64,000 nt of DNA from an uncultured delta proteobacterium (GTDB lineage: Bacteria > Myxococcota > Myxococcia > Myxococcales > Myxococcaceae): NCBI GenBank assembly GCA_963776345.1, contig CAVZMH010000016.1, positions 352,001-416,000 on the forward strand, read 5' to 3'. This document shows, one piece after another, positions 51,980-61,552 of this stretch. The notes beneath the pieces were generated by a model. It saw only the letters and a list, made by a program, of their open reading frames with translations. It did no database searches and was not told the DNA's origin. Numbering within the stretch: the stretch's first letter is position 1; the number at the start of each line of letters is the position of its first letter. Position numbers and translations under genes: made by a program.

Positions 51980-52852
51980 TCAGGATCTCAGATAGGCGTC
52001 GAGCACGCGTGCCCTCGGCCGCGGCTCGCCCCGCTGGAGCTCGGTCTGTCGCTGGCGGACCAGCGCATCGTAGGTCGGGGGCGGCTCGGGATTCCGGTAG
52101 AACACGCCGGTGTACAGCTCGGTCCCGTAGGCCCGGGCCAGGTCCAGCGCCGCGAGCTGGTTCGCCGGGTCGTGCCCCAGGCTGGCCAGCGGCTTCATCC
52201 GCGCCTTGTGTGCCCGGAGCTGCTGCTCCTCCTCGCCGAAGGTGACGCAGGGGGACTGGATGTTCACGAAGGAGAACCCTGGATAGCGGAGGGCCTCCTC
52301 GATGAGCGCGGTCATCCCGGGCATGTCCGCGGGGGTGGCCTGGGCCACGAAGCCCGCCCCGTAGGCCAGCACCATGAGGAGCGGGTTGATGGGCTGCTCG
52401 AGGCTCCCCATCGGGGAGGTGACCGTCTTCAGGCCGCGCGGCGAGGTGGGCGAGAGCTGCCCCTTGGTGAGCCCGTACACCTGGTTGTCCATGACCAGGT
52501 AGGTCAGGTCCACGTTGCGGCGAATGGCGTGCGGCACGTGGCCGCCGCCGATGGAGAAGCCGTCGCCGTCCCCGCCCGCCACCACCACCAGGAGGTCCGG
52601 GCTGGCGAGCTTCACCCCCTGGGCGATGGGCAGCGCACGGCCGTGCACGGTGTTGAAGCCGTAGGCGGTGGTGTAGCCCGGGATACGGCTCGAGCAGCCG
52701 ATGCCGGAGATGAAGGCGATCTCGTGCGGCGGGCGGCCGATCGCGCTGAGCGCCCGGTAGAGCGCCTGCAGCACGCCGTAGTCGCCGCACCCGGGACACC
52801 AGATCGGCTTGAGCGGGCTCTTGTAGTCGTTCGGTCCGAGAAAGGTGTTCAT
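51980..52852 (-). CDS. korB: 2-oxoacid:ferredoxin oxidoreductase beta subunit
   Basis: WCPGCGD, SGIGCSSR, GGDGD and YGLTKGQLSPT motifs. Confidence 0.92.
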   Translation of the reverse strand: MNTFLGPNDYKSPLKPIWCPGCGDYGVLQALYRALSAIGRPPHEIAFISGIGCSSRIPGYTTAYGFNTVHGRALPIAQGVKLASPDLLVVVAGGDGDGFSIGGGHVPHAIRRNVDLTYLVMDNQVYGLTKGQLSPTSPRGLKTVTSPMGSLEQPINPLLMVLAYGAGFVAQATPADMPGMTALIEEALRYPGFSFVNIQSPCVTFGEEEQQLRAHKARMKPLASLGHDPANQLAALDLARAYGTELYTGVFYRNPEPPPTYDALVRQRQTELQRGEPRPRARVLDAYLRS

Positions 52853-54606
52853 CGGAGAGCCTCCGCCTGCTGCTGGAGCCGCTCGAGCACCTCGTCGGCC
52901 CGGAAGGGCTGCGCGCCGCTCCGGGCGAAGGAGGTCACCCCGGCGGGCACGTCCACGAACATCCGGAGGACCCGGTAGAGCTGCCCCTGGTGCGACAGTT
53001 CGAGCACCAGCCCGCGCCGGACCGAGGCGAAGAACTCCCGGTACACCGGCTCGGCCACCGGGTAGAGCAGATACGGGACGAGGAGCTTGACTGGTAATCC
53101 GCGCGCCCGGGCCCGCGCGAAGGCCTCGCGGGCCACCCCGGCTGAGCTCCCCCAGCTCACCAGGGCCAGCGGCGCGTCCGGCGGGCCCTGCCGCTCGAAG
53201 AGGTCGGTTCGCGTCTGAAGCGGATCGAGCTTCCTGAAGCGCTTGGCGTTCATCGCCGCGTGCACGGCTCCGCTGGCGGTGGGCGCTCCCTTGGCGTCGT
53301 GCTCGATGCCCGCGGCGAGGTAGTTCCCACCCTTCATCCCGGGGTGGCTGAGGGGGCTCACCCCGGATGGCGCGTCGGCGAAGCGCTGGTACCCCTGGGC
53401 GAGCTGCTCCGGGGTGGGCCGCAGCCGCTCGAGCACCTCGAACCGGGAGACGTCGATCGGGTCCACCGTCTCCTTCCGCTGAGCGATCTCCTGGTCGGAG
53501 AGGATGACCACCGGCGTCTGGTACTTCTCGGCGAGGTTGAACGCCTCGACGGTGAGCCGGAAGGTGTCCTCGACGCTGGTGGGAGCCAGCACCGGGCGGA
53601 GCACGTCGCCATGGGCGCTGAACGCGGCCTGGAATAGGTCCGCCTGCTCGGGCTTGGTGGGGAGGCCGGTGGACGGGCCGCCACGCTGCACGTTGAGCAG
53701 CACCAGCGGGAGCTCGGCGATGGTGGCCAGGCCCAGCACCTCGGTCTTGAGCGACATGCCCGGGCCCGAGGTCGCGGTCATGGACTTCTTGCCGGCGAAG
53801 GAGGCGCCCACCGCCGCGCCGACGCCGCTGATCTCGTCCTCGGCCTGGAGCACCACCCCGCCGTACTTGGGCAGCTCGCGAGCGAGGATCTGCATCACCT
53901 CGGTGGACGGGGTGATGGGGTAGCCGCCGAAGAACTCGCAGCCGCTGAAGAGGGCCGCCGAGGCGCACATCTCGTTGCCGTCGCAGAGGAGCTTGGGCGA
54001 AGGCGCGGCGGGGCGCACCAGCGCACGCGGCGCGGCGAGGGGGTGCGCGGCGGCGTGGGCGATGCCCGCCGCGAGCGCCTTCCGGTTCGCCTCGAGGAGT
54101 CCCGCCCCCTTCTGGGAGAACTTCTTCTGGAGCCCCCGATCCAGCGCCTCGGGGGGCACGCCGAACCAGCCGGAGATCGCCCCGAGCACCACGGTGGTCT
54201 TGGCGCGGTCGGTCCCGGCGGCGGACTTGGCGATCTCCGCGAGGGGCACGGCGAGCACCTGGCGCGGGGCCCGGCCCGGCGGCGCGAGGTCGGTCGGAGG
54301 CGGTCCCGCCTTCTCCTCGTGGATGAGGACGGTGTCCGGCCCGAGCGGCAGCTCGGCGCCGAAGCGGCGGAAGTCCTCCCAGTTGAGGGCGACGGCCACG
54401 TCCAGCACCCCGCCCGGGTTCGGCACCTTGCGGGTGGAGATGCGGACCCGGCAGGAGGACTCACCTCCCCGGATCTGCGAGCCAAAGCTCTTGGTCATCA
54501 GGGCGTAGAAGCCCTGGGACGACGCCGCGGCCAGGAGCGACTCTCCCGCGCTCACCACGCCATCTCCACCTGAACCGACCATGCCGACGACGAGATCCTC
54601 GAGCAT
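52849..54606 (-). CDS. korA: 2-oxoacid:ferredoxin oxidoreductase alpha subunit (fused gamma domain)
   Basis: GSGGDG, QIRGGES, YPITPST, QAEDEI and RGGPSTGLPT motifs. Confidence 0.92.
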   Translation of the reverse strand: MLEDLVVGMVGSGGDGVVSAGESLLAAASSQGFYALMTKSFGSQIRGGESSCRVRISTRKVPNPGGVLDVAVALNWEDFRRFGAELPLGPDTVLIHEEKAGPPPTDLAPPGRAPRQVLAVPLAEIAKSAAGTDRAKTTVVLGAISGWFGVPPEALDRGLQKKFSQKGAGLLEANRKALAAGIAHAAAHPLAAPRALVRPAAPSPKLLCDGNEMCASAALFSGCEFFGGYPITPSTEVMQILARELPKYGGVVLQAEDEISGVGAAVGASFAGKKSMTATSGPGMSLKTEVLGLATIAELPLVLLNVQRGGPSTGLPTKPEQADLFQAAFSAHGDVLRPVLAPTSVEDTFRLTVEAFNLAEKYQTPVVILSDQEIAQRKETVDPIDVSRFEVLERLRPTPEQLAQGYQRFADAPSGVSPLSHPGMKGGNYLAAGIEHDAKGAPTASGAVHAAMNAKRFRKLDPLQTRTDLFERQGPPDAPLALVSWGSSAGVAREAFARARARGLPVKLLVPYLLYPVAEPVYREFFASVRRGLVLELSHQGQLYRVLRMFVDVPAGVTSFARSGAQPFRADEVLERLQQQAEALR

Positions 54607-54667
54607 CAGAGGCCCCGCAATGTTCGATGTTGAACTGTGCTGGACGTTCCCGCGTCCTCCCCCCCGA

Positions 54668-54683
54668 TGCAAGCCGCTCGCCT
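54668..54683 (-). promoter_or_regulatory. Putative sigma54 promoter for the kor-nuo operon
   Basis: Minus strand aGGcgagcggcttGCa has GG at 54682-54681 and TTGCA at -12, about 60 nt before korA. Confidence 0.45.
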
Positions 54684-54861
54684 CGCCGGGAACGGCATCT
54701 CCTGCATGCGCGAGCCGTCGGGGCGCGCAGAGGCTGCGCGAAATCGACTGCCGGACGCCGAGGCTGCGGCCACGACGCGGCGAGCCGAGGGCCAGCTGGC
54801 GCGTCGACGCGCAACCGGGAGGCACGGGCGGCCTCCTGCCCCCCGAGTTCCATCCGCTCCC

Positions 54862-55443
54862 TCAGCTCCGGGGGCGGAGCTTGGCCTCGCCCAGTGCGAG
54901 CAGCAGCGAGGAGAGGTCCACGCGCGCGGTGCGCAGGAAGATCCGCAGCGCGCGCTCGGCGCCGACGGCCAGCGCGGCCAGCTTCTCCAGCCGTGCCAGC
55001 CGGTCCCGCCCCACCCCGCTGGCGGCGGCCAGCCGCCGGGCCTCCTCGAGATCGGCGCGGATGCGGGTGATGAACGCGGTCTCGCGCTCCTGGATGACCC
55101 GTCTCACCATCTGCACCAGGTCGGTCTCGGCGCGGAAGTGCCAGGCGCCGGTCCCCGGCTGGCGGATGCGGACCACCACCCCCCACCGCTCGAGGTCGCG
55201 GACCAGCATCGAGACCGCACCCTTGCTGAGCCCCAGCTCTTCCTCGAGCTGGGTAGCGGTCATCGACATGCCCCGGAGGTAGAGCACCGCCCAGACGCGG
55301 CCCTGGTTGTGCTTGAAGCCCCAGAACTCGATGACGTTCCCCACCGCATCGATGGCCAGGGCCTCCCAGCGCGGGAGCCCCGGGGCGGGATCGGGAGCGC
55401 CCAGGCGGGGCGCGTCGGACCAGCTGTAACCCTTGGACGGCAT
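54862..55443 (-). CDS. GbsR/MarR-like winged-helix transcriptional regulator
   Basis: FWGFKHNQGRVWAVLYL and LEEELGLSKGAVSMLVRDLERWGVV motifs. Confidence 0.8.
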   Translation of the reverse strand: MPSKGYSWSDAPRLGAPDPAPGLPRWEALAIDAVGNVIEFWGFKHNQGRVWAVLYLRGMSMTATQLEEELGLSKGAVSMLVRDLERWGVVVRIRQPGTGAWHFRAETDLVQMVRRVIQERETAFITRIRADLEEARRLAAASGVGRDRLARLEKLAALAVGAERALRIFLRTARVDLSSLLLALGEAKLRPRS

Positions 55444-55458
55444 CGGTCGTTGCTCTCG

Positions 55459-56430
55459 CTAGCGGAAGGCCGCCCCGAGGCGTCTGGCCCAGTCGGTCAG
55501 CTCGTCGGCGCCACGGGAATCGCGGAGGGGACCGAGCGCGTCGAGCGCGGCCTCGATCTCCCGGTCCATGAGCGTCAGCGCCGCCCGGGGCGCGTCGGTG
55601 GCGAGCACCGCCACCCCGAGCTCCCGGACGCGTTCGTCCGCCATGGAGCCGAAGGCCCAGAGGTCCTTGATCCGGCGGCGGAGCGGCTCGTCCATCTGAG
55701 CCGCGAGCAGGATGGGCAGGGAGGGGGTGCGTGACTTGAAGTCGGCGAAGACCGGCTTGCCGGGGTCGCCTCCGTTGAGGTCCTTCAGGTCGTCGGCGAT
55801 CTGAAAGGCCACCCCCAGATGCCGGCCGAAGGTCTCGAAGCGGCGAGCCACGTCCTCCTTGCCGGCGAGCCGTCCGGCGGCCGTGCCGCAGAAGCCGAAG
55901 AGCGCCCCAGTCTTCCCTTCCATGATGCTGCGGAAGCGGTCGATCGAGAGCGAGAGGTCGCCGCGGGCCTCCACCTCGCCGATGGTCGCGCGGGTCATCT
56001 CCGCGACCGTGCGGACCGCGGCGAAGGTGATCTCCCGGTCCAGCGAGGCCAGCTCGTCGAGCGCGAGGGTGAGAAGCAAGTCACCGCCCATCACCGCGAC
56101 GACGTTGCCCCAGAGCGCGTTCACCGTGGGCCGGCCGCGGCGGTACATGCCGGCGTCCACCACGTCGTCGTGGAGCAGGCTCGCCGAGTGCACCAGCTCC
56201 GCCGCCACCGCGACGTGCAGGAGCCCCGCCTCGGGCGCCCCGGCGGCCAGCCCGAAGAGGTGCACCATGGTCGGCCGGACGCGCTTGCCTCCGCTGCCGA
56301 TGCAGAGGTGACGGCCAGCGTTGAGCAGCGTGTCCGACTGGCCCACGTCGCCGGAGCCGTGCGACAGCACCGAGGCGAGGCGCGCCTCGGCGGACTCCAG
56401 AAACCGTGCTGCCTCGGGCGTGGTCTCCAT
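55459..56430 (-). CDS. Polyprenyl diphosphate synthase
   Basis: GGKRVRP, HDDVVD..RRG, KTG and FQIADD motifs. Confidence 0.92.
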   Translation of the reverse strand: METTPEAARFLESAEARLASVLSHGSGDVGQSDTLLNAGRHLCIGSGGKRVRPTMVHLFGLAAGAPEAGLLHVAVAAELVHSASLLHDDVVDAGMYRRGRPTVNALWGNVVAVMGGDLLLTLALDELASLDREITFAAVRTVAEMTRATIGEVEARGDLSLSIDRFRSIMEGKTGALFGFCGTAAGRLAGKEDVARRFETFGRHLGVAFQIADDLKDLNGGDPGKPVFADFKSRTPSLPILLAAQMDEPLRRRIKDLWAFGSMADERVRELGVAVLATDAPRAALTLMDREIEAALDALGPLRDSRGADELTDWARRLGAAFR

Positions 56431-56450
56431 CTGGTTCACCTTGTTCAAGA

Positions 56451-57947
56451 CTACTTGAACTCCATGTCCCCCGCCGCGCTTTCTGCGCCGGGGAGCTTTT
56501 CGAAGGAACGAGGCCCACTTGGGGCCGTCACCGCAGCCAGCACCGCCGCGCGGTCCACCTTCCCCGCAGCGGTGCGGGGCAGCGCCGTGGCCGGGAACAC
56601 CTCGGCCGGGACCTTGAACGGGGCGAGCCGGGCCCGCGCCCAGGGGCACAGGTCCTCGACCGAGGCCGCCGGCCGGGGCACCACCACCGCCACCGGCACC
56701 TGGCCCCAGCGCGGGTCGGGTCGGCCCACCACCGCCACCTCGGCCACGCCGGGGTGGGCGGCGAGCACCGCCTCGACCTCGGCGGGGTACACGTTCTCGC
56801 CCCCGGAGAGGATGAGGTCGGTGCGCCGGGCGAGGACGGTGAGGCGGCCCCCGGCATCGAGCCGACCGATGTCGCCGGTGTGGAGCCAGCCGTCACGGAG
56901 GGCCTCCGCGGTGGCCCCGGGGTCGTCGAGGTAGCCGCGCATCAGGGTGAGCCCTCGCACCGTCAGGGTCCCCTCCTCGCCCCGGGGCAGCTCGCGCCCC
57001 TCGGCGTCGAGCACCCGGACCTCGAGGCCCGGCAGCGGCGGTCCGGCGGTGCGCCCGTCGGCCGCGCCGGGGCGTTCGGTGGCGACCTGGGAGCAGGCCT
57101 CGGTGAGCCCGTAGGTGAGGAGCACCGGGACGCCGGCGGCGCGCGCCCGATCGACGAGCGCCGGCGGCACCGGACCGCCGCCGACGAGCACCGCCCGGAG
57201 CCGCGCGGCGCCGAGACCGGCGTCGAGGCACTGCTCGAGCGTGCGGGCCACCAGGCTCAGGTGGGTGATGGCCTCGTCGTGGACGGTGCGCACCACTGCC
57301 TCGGCGTCGAACCGTGGGTGGAGGACGAGCGCGGCTCCATCGTGCGCGCACCGCACGGCCATCCCCAGGCCGCCGACGTGGAAGAGGGGCAGGTTGCACA
57401 GCCACCGGTCGCCGGAGCGAGGTCCAAGGTTGGCGGCGGAGGCGCGCGCCAGGGCATCGAAGGCGCCCACCGACAGCCGCGCGGCCTTGGGCTCGCCGGT
57501 GGTGCCCGAGGTGAAGAGCAGCGCCCAGTCGGCCGAGGGGTCCGAGTCGTCGCCCTGCCAGGGAGCGACCGCGTGCGGTGGCCAGCCCTCCAGCGGCGCG
57601 GCGCCAGGGAGCACGTCCAGCCGCGCCGCATCGGCGAGCACCACGCGGGGACGGACGCGGTCTCGCTGGGCCCGGAGCTCGGCCGGGGCCAGGCGGGCGT
57701 TGAGTGGAACCAGCGCGGCGCCCAGGCGGCGGAGGGCGAAGAGGAGGACCACGGTGGAGGGGTGGTTGGCGGCGAGCACCAGGGCCCGCTCCCCCGGCCC
57801 CACCTTGTCGGCGCGCAGGAGGGCGGCGGCCCGCGCCACCTCCAGGTCGAGCGTCCTCCAACGCTCGCGCCGCTCGCCCGCCACCAGCGCGAGCCCCTCC
57901 GGATCGCGCCGGGCCTGGAGCCGCACCGGGCAGTCCACGGTCACCAT
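56451..57947 (-). CDS. menE: O-succinylbenzoate-CoA ligase
   Basis: FTSGTTGEPK, LPLFHVGG, YGLTE, TGDIG and SGGENVYP motifs; men cluster context. Confidence 0.9.
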   Translation of the reverse strand: MVTVDCPVRLQARRDPEGLALVAGERRERWRTLDLEVARAAALLRADKVGPGERALVLAANHPSTVVLLFALRRLGAALVPLNARLAPAELRAQRDRVRPRVVLADAARLDVLPGAAPLEGWPPHAVAPWQGDDSDPSADWALLFTSGTTGEPKAARLSVGAFDALARASAANLGPRSGDRWLCNLPLFHVGGLGMAVRCAHDGAALVLHPRFDAEAVVRTVHDEAITHLSLVARTLEQCLDAGLGAARLRAVLVGGGPVPPALVDRARAAGVPVLLTYGLTEACSQVATERPGAADGRTAGPPLPGLEVRVLDAEGRELPRGEEGTLTVRGLTLMRGYLDDPGATAEALRDGWLHTGDIGRLDAGGRLTVLARRTDLILSGGENVYPAEVEAVLAAHPGVAEVAVVGRPDPRWGQVPVAVVVPRPAASVEDLCPWARARLAPFKVPAEVFPATALPRTAAGKVDRAAVLAAVTAPSGPRSFEKLPGAESAAGDMEFK

Positions 57948-59005
57948 CCGAGCACCTCGGGGTCGATGCCGAGGCCGGGCGCGTCGGGGATGTGGAGGAG
58001 CCCGTGCGACACGGCATAACCGCCCGCGTCGGAGTCCAGGAGGTGGCCGGTGGCGAGGCCGTGGGCCGGGCCCTCGACCGGGAGGGTGCAGGCCAGGTGC
58101 GCGGCCCCGGCGCGCGACACCGCTCCATCGAGCGCGCTGGTGACGACCACCTCGACGCCCACCTGCCACGCCAGCGCGGCGTACCGGCGTGCCCGGAGCA
58201 CCCCGCCGACGACCGGGAGCTTGAAGACCAGCACGTCCACCGCGGGACGCTTGCCCCCGAACAGGCTGTCGCTGGCGCCGGGGATGCCGATCGACTCGTC
58301 GGCGGCGATGCGGGCCAGCGAGCGGAGCTTCCGCAGCCCGTCGAAGTCCGCCGCCGGCACCGGCTGCTCGACGTACTCCAGTCGCGCGGGGGCCAGGGCG
58401 ATGATCCGCGCCCGGGCCTCGGCCTCGGACCACGCCCCGTTGCCGTCCACCCGGATGCGCAGGTTCGGGCCCACGGCGGCGCGGACCGCCGCGAGCCGGG
58501 TCGCGTCCTGCTCGGCGGTCTGGGCGCCGACCTTGATCTTCAGCGTGTCGAAGCTCTCGTGCGCCCGGGCGCGGGCCTCCGAGGCGAGCGCGTCGCTCTC
58601 GTCGTCGGTGAGGAGCGCATTCACCCGGACCGACCGCGGCTCGGCGCCGAGCCATCCGGCGAGCGGGGTGCCGGCATGCCGGGCGCCCGCGTCGAGCAGC
58701 GCCAGCTCCACCCCGGCGCGGGTGGCCGGCGCCTCGGAGAGGGCGGAAATCTTCTGGATCCGCGCCGCGACCTCCTCGGGGCTCCCCGGCGGCGTCGAGC
58801 CGCGCAGCGCCGCGGCCGCCTCGCCCAGCGCCGCGCGGGCCCGCTCCACCGGCTCGGTCCCGAAGCCCTGGAGCAGGGTCACCTCGCCCAGCCCATCCCC
58901 CAGCCGCAGCCAGAAGCCCTCCACGCCCGCGCGCATCCCCGCTCCGGTGGAGAGCGAGGAGAGGAAGCGGAGGCTCCGCGGCCGGATGAGCAGCTCGGTC
59001 GTCAC
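57941..59005 (-). CDS. menC: O-succinylbenzoate synthase (enolase superfamily)
   Basis: LKIKVG, RVDGNGAW, YVEQP, AADES and HGLAT motifs. Confidence 0.88.
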   Translation of the reverse strand: MTTELLIRPRSLRFLSSLSTGAGMRAGVEGFWLRLGDGLGEVTLLQGFGTEPVERARAALGEAAAALRGSTPPGSPEEVAARIQKISALSEAPATRAGVELALLDAGARHAGTPLAGWLGAEPRSVRVNALLTDDESDALASEARARAHESFDTLKIKVGAQTAEQDATRLAAVRAAVGPNLRIRVDGNGAWSEAEARARIIALAPARLEYVEQPVPAADFDGLRKLRSLARIAADESIGIPGASDSLFGGKRPAVDVLVFKLPVVGGVLRARRYAALAWQVGVEVVVTSALDGAVSRAGAAHLACTLPVEGPAHGLATGHLLDSDAGGYAVSHGLLHIPDAPGLGIDPEVLGW

Positions 59006-59910
59006 GCGCGTCCCAGCCAGGCTCCCAGGGCGAGCAGCAGCCCGTACGCCGCCTGGAACCGGGCGGTCGCCCCGAGGGCCGGGTTCAGCGCCCCGCCGCT
59101 CGAGCCGAGGACCCGGGACAGCGGCGGCCAGGCCAGCGGCGCGGCGGCGAGCGCGGCCAGCGCCGGCCAGCGGGCCCAGCCCACGGCCACCATCAGCACC
59201 GGCATGGCCAGGGCGACGACGAGGAGCAGGACGTACTCGGCCCGGCCGAAGCCCCGGCCGAAGCGGACGACCAGGGTGTGCTTGCCGGCGCGGGCGTCGG
59301 TGTCCGCATCGCGGAGGTTGTTGACCACCAGGATCATCGTCCCGGTGGCGCCGATGGCGACCGCGGCCGGCCACACCGCAGGGACCAGCCGCAGCGCCTG
59401 CGCATAGAAGGTGCCTGGCACGGCGACCAGGCCGAAGAAGACCATCACCAACAGGTCGCCGAGCCCGTGGTAGCCGAGCGGGTACGGCCCGCCGGTGTAC
59501 GCCCAGCCGGCGAGCACCGAGGCGAGGCCGATGACCACGAACGGCCACCCGCCACGCAAGACCAAAGTGATCCCCACCAGGGTGGCGGCGGCGAAGCAGG
59601 CGGCGCCCGCGGCGAGCACGGTCGACGGGGAGATGAGCCCGCTCTGGGTGACCCGCGTCGGGCCCACGCGCTCGTGGGTGTCCGCGCCCTTGCGGAAGTC
59701 GTAGTAGTCGTTGGTGAGGTTGGTGCCGATCTGGATCAGCACCGCCGCGGCGAGCGCGGCCAGCGCGGGCCACGCCGCAGCCATCCCCTGCCCCAGCGCG
59801 AGCCCCGTCCCCACCACCACCGGCACCACGGCGGCGGTGAGCGTCTTCGGCCGGGCCGCCAGCAGCCAGGTCCGGAGCGAGGGCGAGGCGGCGGGAGCGG
59901 CGGCGGTCAC
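59002..59910 (-). CDS. menA: 1,4-dihydroxy-2-naphthoate polyprenyltransferase
   Basis: [23 protein letters not shown] and NNLRDADTD motifs. Confidence 0.93.
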   Translation of the reverse strand: MTAAAPAASPSLRTWLLAARPKTLTAAVVPVVVGTGLALGQGMAAAWPALAALAAAVLIQIGTNLTNDYYDFRKGADTHERVGPTRVTQSGLISPSTVLAAGAACFAAATLVGITLVLRGGWPFVVIGLASVLAGWAYTGGPYPLGYHGLGDLLVMVFFGLVAVPGTFYAQALRLVPAVWPAAVAIGATGTMILVVNNLRDADTDARAGKHTLVVRFGRGFGRAEYVLLLVVALAMPVLMVAVGWARWPALAALAAAPLAWPPLSRVLGSSGGALNPALGATARFQAAYGLLLALGAWLGRA

Positions 59911-60725
59911 GGGCGGCGCGGGAACTTGGTGAAGTCGGGCTTCCGCCGCTCGACGTACGCGTTCCGGCCCTCCTGGGCCTCGGCGGACATGTAGTAGAGC
60001 AGCGTGGCGTTGCCGGCGAGCTCCTGGATGCCGGCCTGGCCGTCCAGGTCGGCGTTGAAGCTCGACTTGAGGAGCCGCAGGGCCAGCGGGCTGAGCTGCA
60101 GCATCTCCTGGCACCAGCGGAGGGTCTCCGCCTCCAGCTCGGCCAGCGGGACCACGGTGTTGACCAGGCCCATCTGGAGCGCCTGCTGCGCGTCGTACTG
60201 CCGGCAGAGGAGCCAGATCTCGCGGGCCTTCTTCTGGCCGATGATCGACGCGAGGTAGCTCGCGCCGAAGCCGCCGTCGAAGCTGCCCACCCGCGGGCCA
60301 GTCTGGCCGAAGCGGGCGTTGTCCGCGGCGATGGTCAGGTCGCAGACCACGTGCAGCACGTGTCCGCCGCCGATGGCGTAGCCGGCCACCATCGCCACCA
60401 CCGGCTTGGGCAGGGAGCGGATCTGCTTCTGGAGGTCGAGCACGTTGAGCCGGGGGACGCCGTCGCTGCCGACATAGCCCTCGTTGCCCCGGATGCGCTG
60501 GTCGCCGCCGGAGCAGAACGCCTGGTCGCCCGCGCCGGTGAGGATGACCACGCCCACCGAGGGATCCTCGCGCGCGTCGTTGAACGCGGAGCTCAGCTCG
60601 AACAGCGTCTGGGGCCGGAAGGCGTTCCGGACCTCGGGCCGGTTGATGGTGATCTTCGCGATGCCCTTCCACTTCTCGTAGACGATGTCCTCGTCGTCCC
60701 GGACCTTCTTCCAGCGTGCCTTCAT
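59907..60725 (-). CDS. menB: 1,4-dihydroxy-2-naphthoyl-CoA synthase
   Basis: [24 protein letters not shown] and GSFDGG motifs. Confidence 0.96.
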   Translation of the reverse strand: MKARWKKVRDDEDIVYEKWKGIAKITINRPEVRNAFRPQTLFELSSAFNDAREDPSVGVVILTGAGDQAFCSGGDQRIRGNEGYVGSDGVPRLNVLDLQKQIRSLPKPVVAMVAGYAIGGGHVLHVVCDLTIAADNARFGQTGPRVGSFDGGFGASYLASIIGQKKAREIWLLCRQYDAQQALQMGLVNTVVPLAELEAETLRWCQEMLQLSPLALRLLKSSFNADLDGQAGIQELAGNATLLYYMSAEAQEGRNAYVERRKPDFTKFPRRP

Positions 60726-61552
60726 CCGCCGTTGCTCCCGAGCTCGCTGTCCACGAGCGGCCGTTCGATCCACGGAGCCGAGAGGAAGGAGGTCACCTCG
60801 CGGGCGTACTCCTCCGGCGACTCCAGATGTGGCGCGTGCCCCGCGCCGGGGAAGACGTGGCCCCAGACCAGCGGCATCTCCGCCGCCATGGCCCGGGCGA
60901 TGCCGCTGAACTTCGGGTCGCGGGCGCCGGTGAGCAGCAGGGTCGGCGCGCGCACCGTCCAGAGCCGGGTCCAGTAGCTGGGCTGGGCGCCGAGCGAGAG
61001 CGCGCGCAGCGAGCCGGCCAGCGCCTCGGGCCGGTGCGACAGCCGGCGCTCGTGGAGCGGGATGCGCAGCTCCTCGGGGAGCTTCCGCAGGCCGTCGAAC
61101 AGCGGAAGCGCCTCCCAGCGCCGGATGAAGGCCTCGAGGCCGTCGCGCTCGATGGCCTCGGCCAGCGCGGCGTCGTCGCGGCGGCGCTCTCCCCGCTCAC
61201 GGCGGCGGCGGAGGCCCGGGCTGCCGGACTCGAGGATCAGCCGGCCCACCCGGTCGGGCGAGCGGAGGCACAGCCCCAGCGCCACCCTGGCCCCCAGGGA
61301 GTAGCCGGCCACGTCCACCCGCTCGAGGTGGTGCGAGTCCAGGAGCGCCAGCAGCGCCTCCAGCGCTCCGTCGAAGGTGGTGTCCGGCGCGCAGGGGCTC
61401 TCGCCGTGTCCCGGGAGGTCCGGGGCGAGCGCCTGGAAGCGAGGGCCGAGCAGCGGACGCAGGTGGTCCCAGGCGCCGCGGTTTCCGGTGAACCCGTGCA
61501 GCAGGAGCAGGGGTGGACCTTCCCCCCAGACGGTGTGGGCGAGCAGGCTCAT
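60722..61552 (-). CDS. menH: SHCHC synthase (alpha/beta hydrolase)
   Basis: LHGFTG, DLPGHG, GYSLG, D.KF and GHAPHLE motifs. Confidence 0.9.
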   Translation of the reverse strand: MSLLAHTVWGEGPPLLLLHGFTGNRGAWDHLRPLLGPRFQALAPDLPGHGESPCAPDTTFDGALEALLALLDSHHLERVDVAGYSLGARVALGLCLRSPDRVGRLILESGSPGLRRRRERGERRRDDAALAEAIERDGLEAFIRRWEALPLFDGLRKLPEELRIPLHERRLSHRPEALAGSLRALSLGAQPSYWTRLWTVRAPTLLLTGARDPKFSGIARAMAAEMPLVWGHVFPGAGHAPHLESPEEYAREVTSFLSAPWIERPLVDSELGSNGG

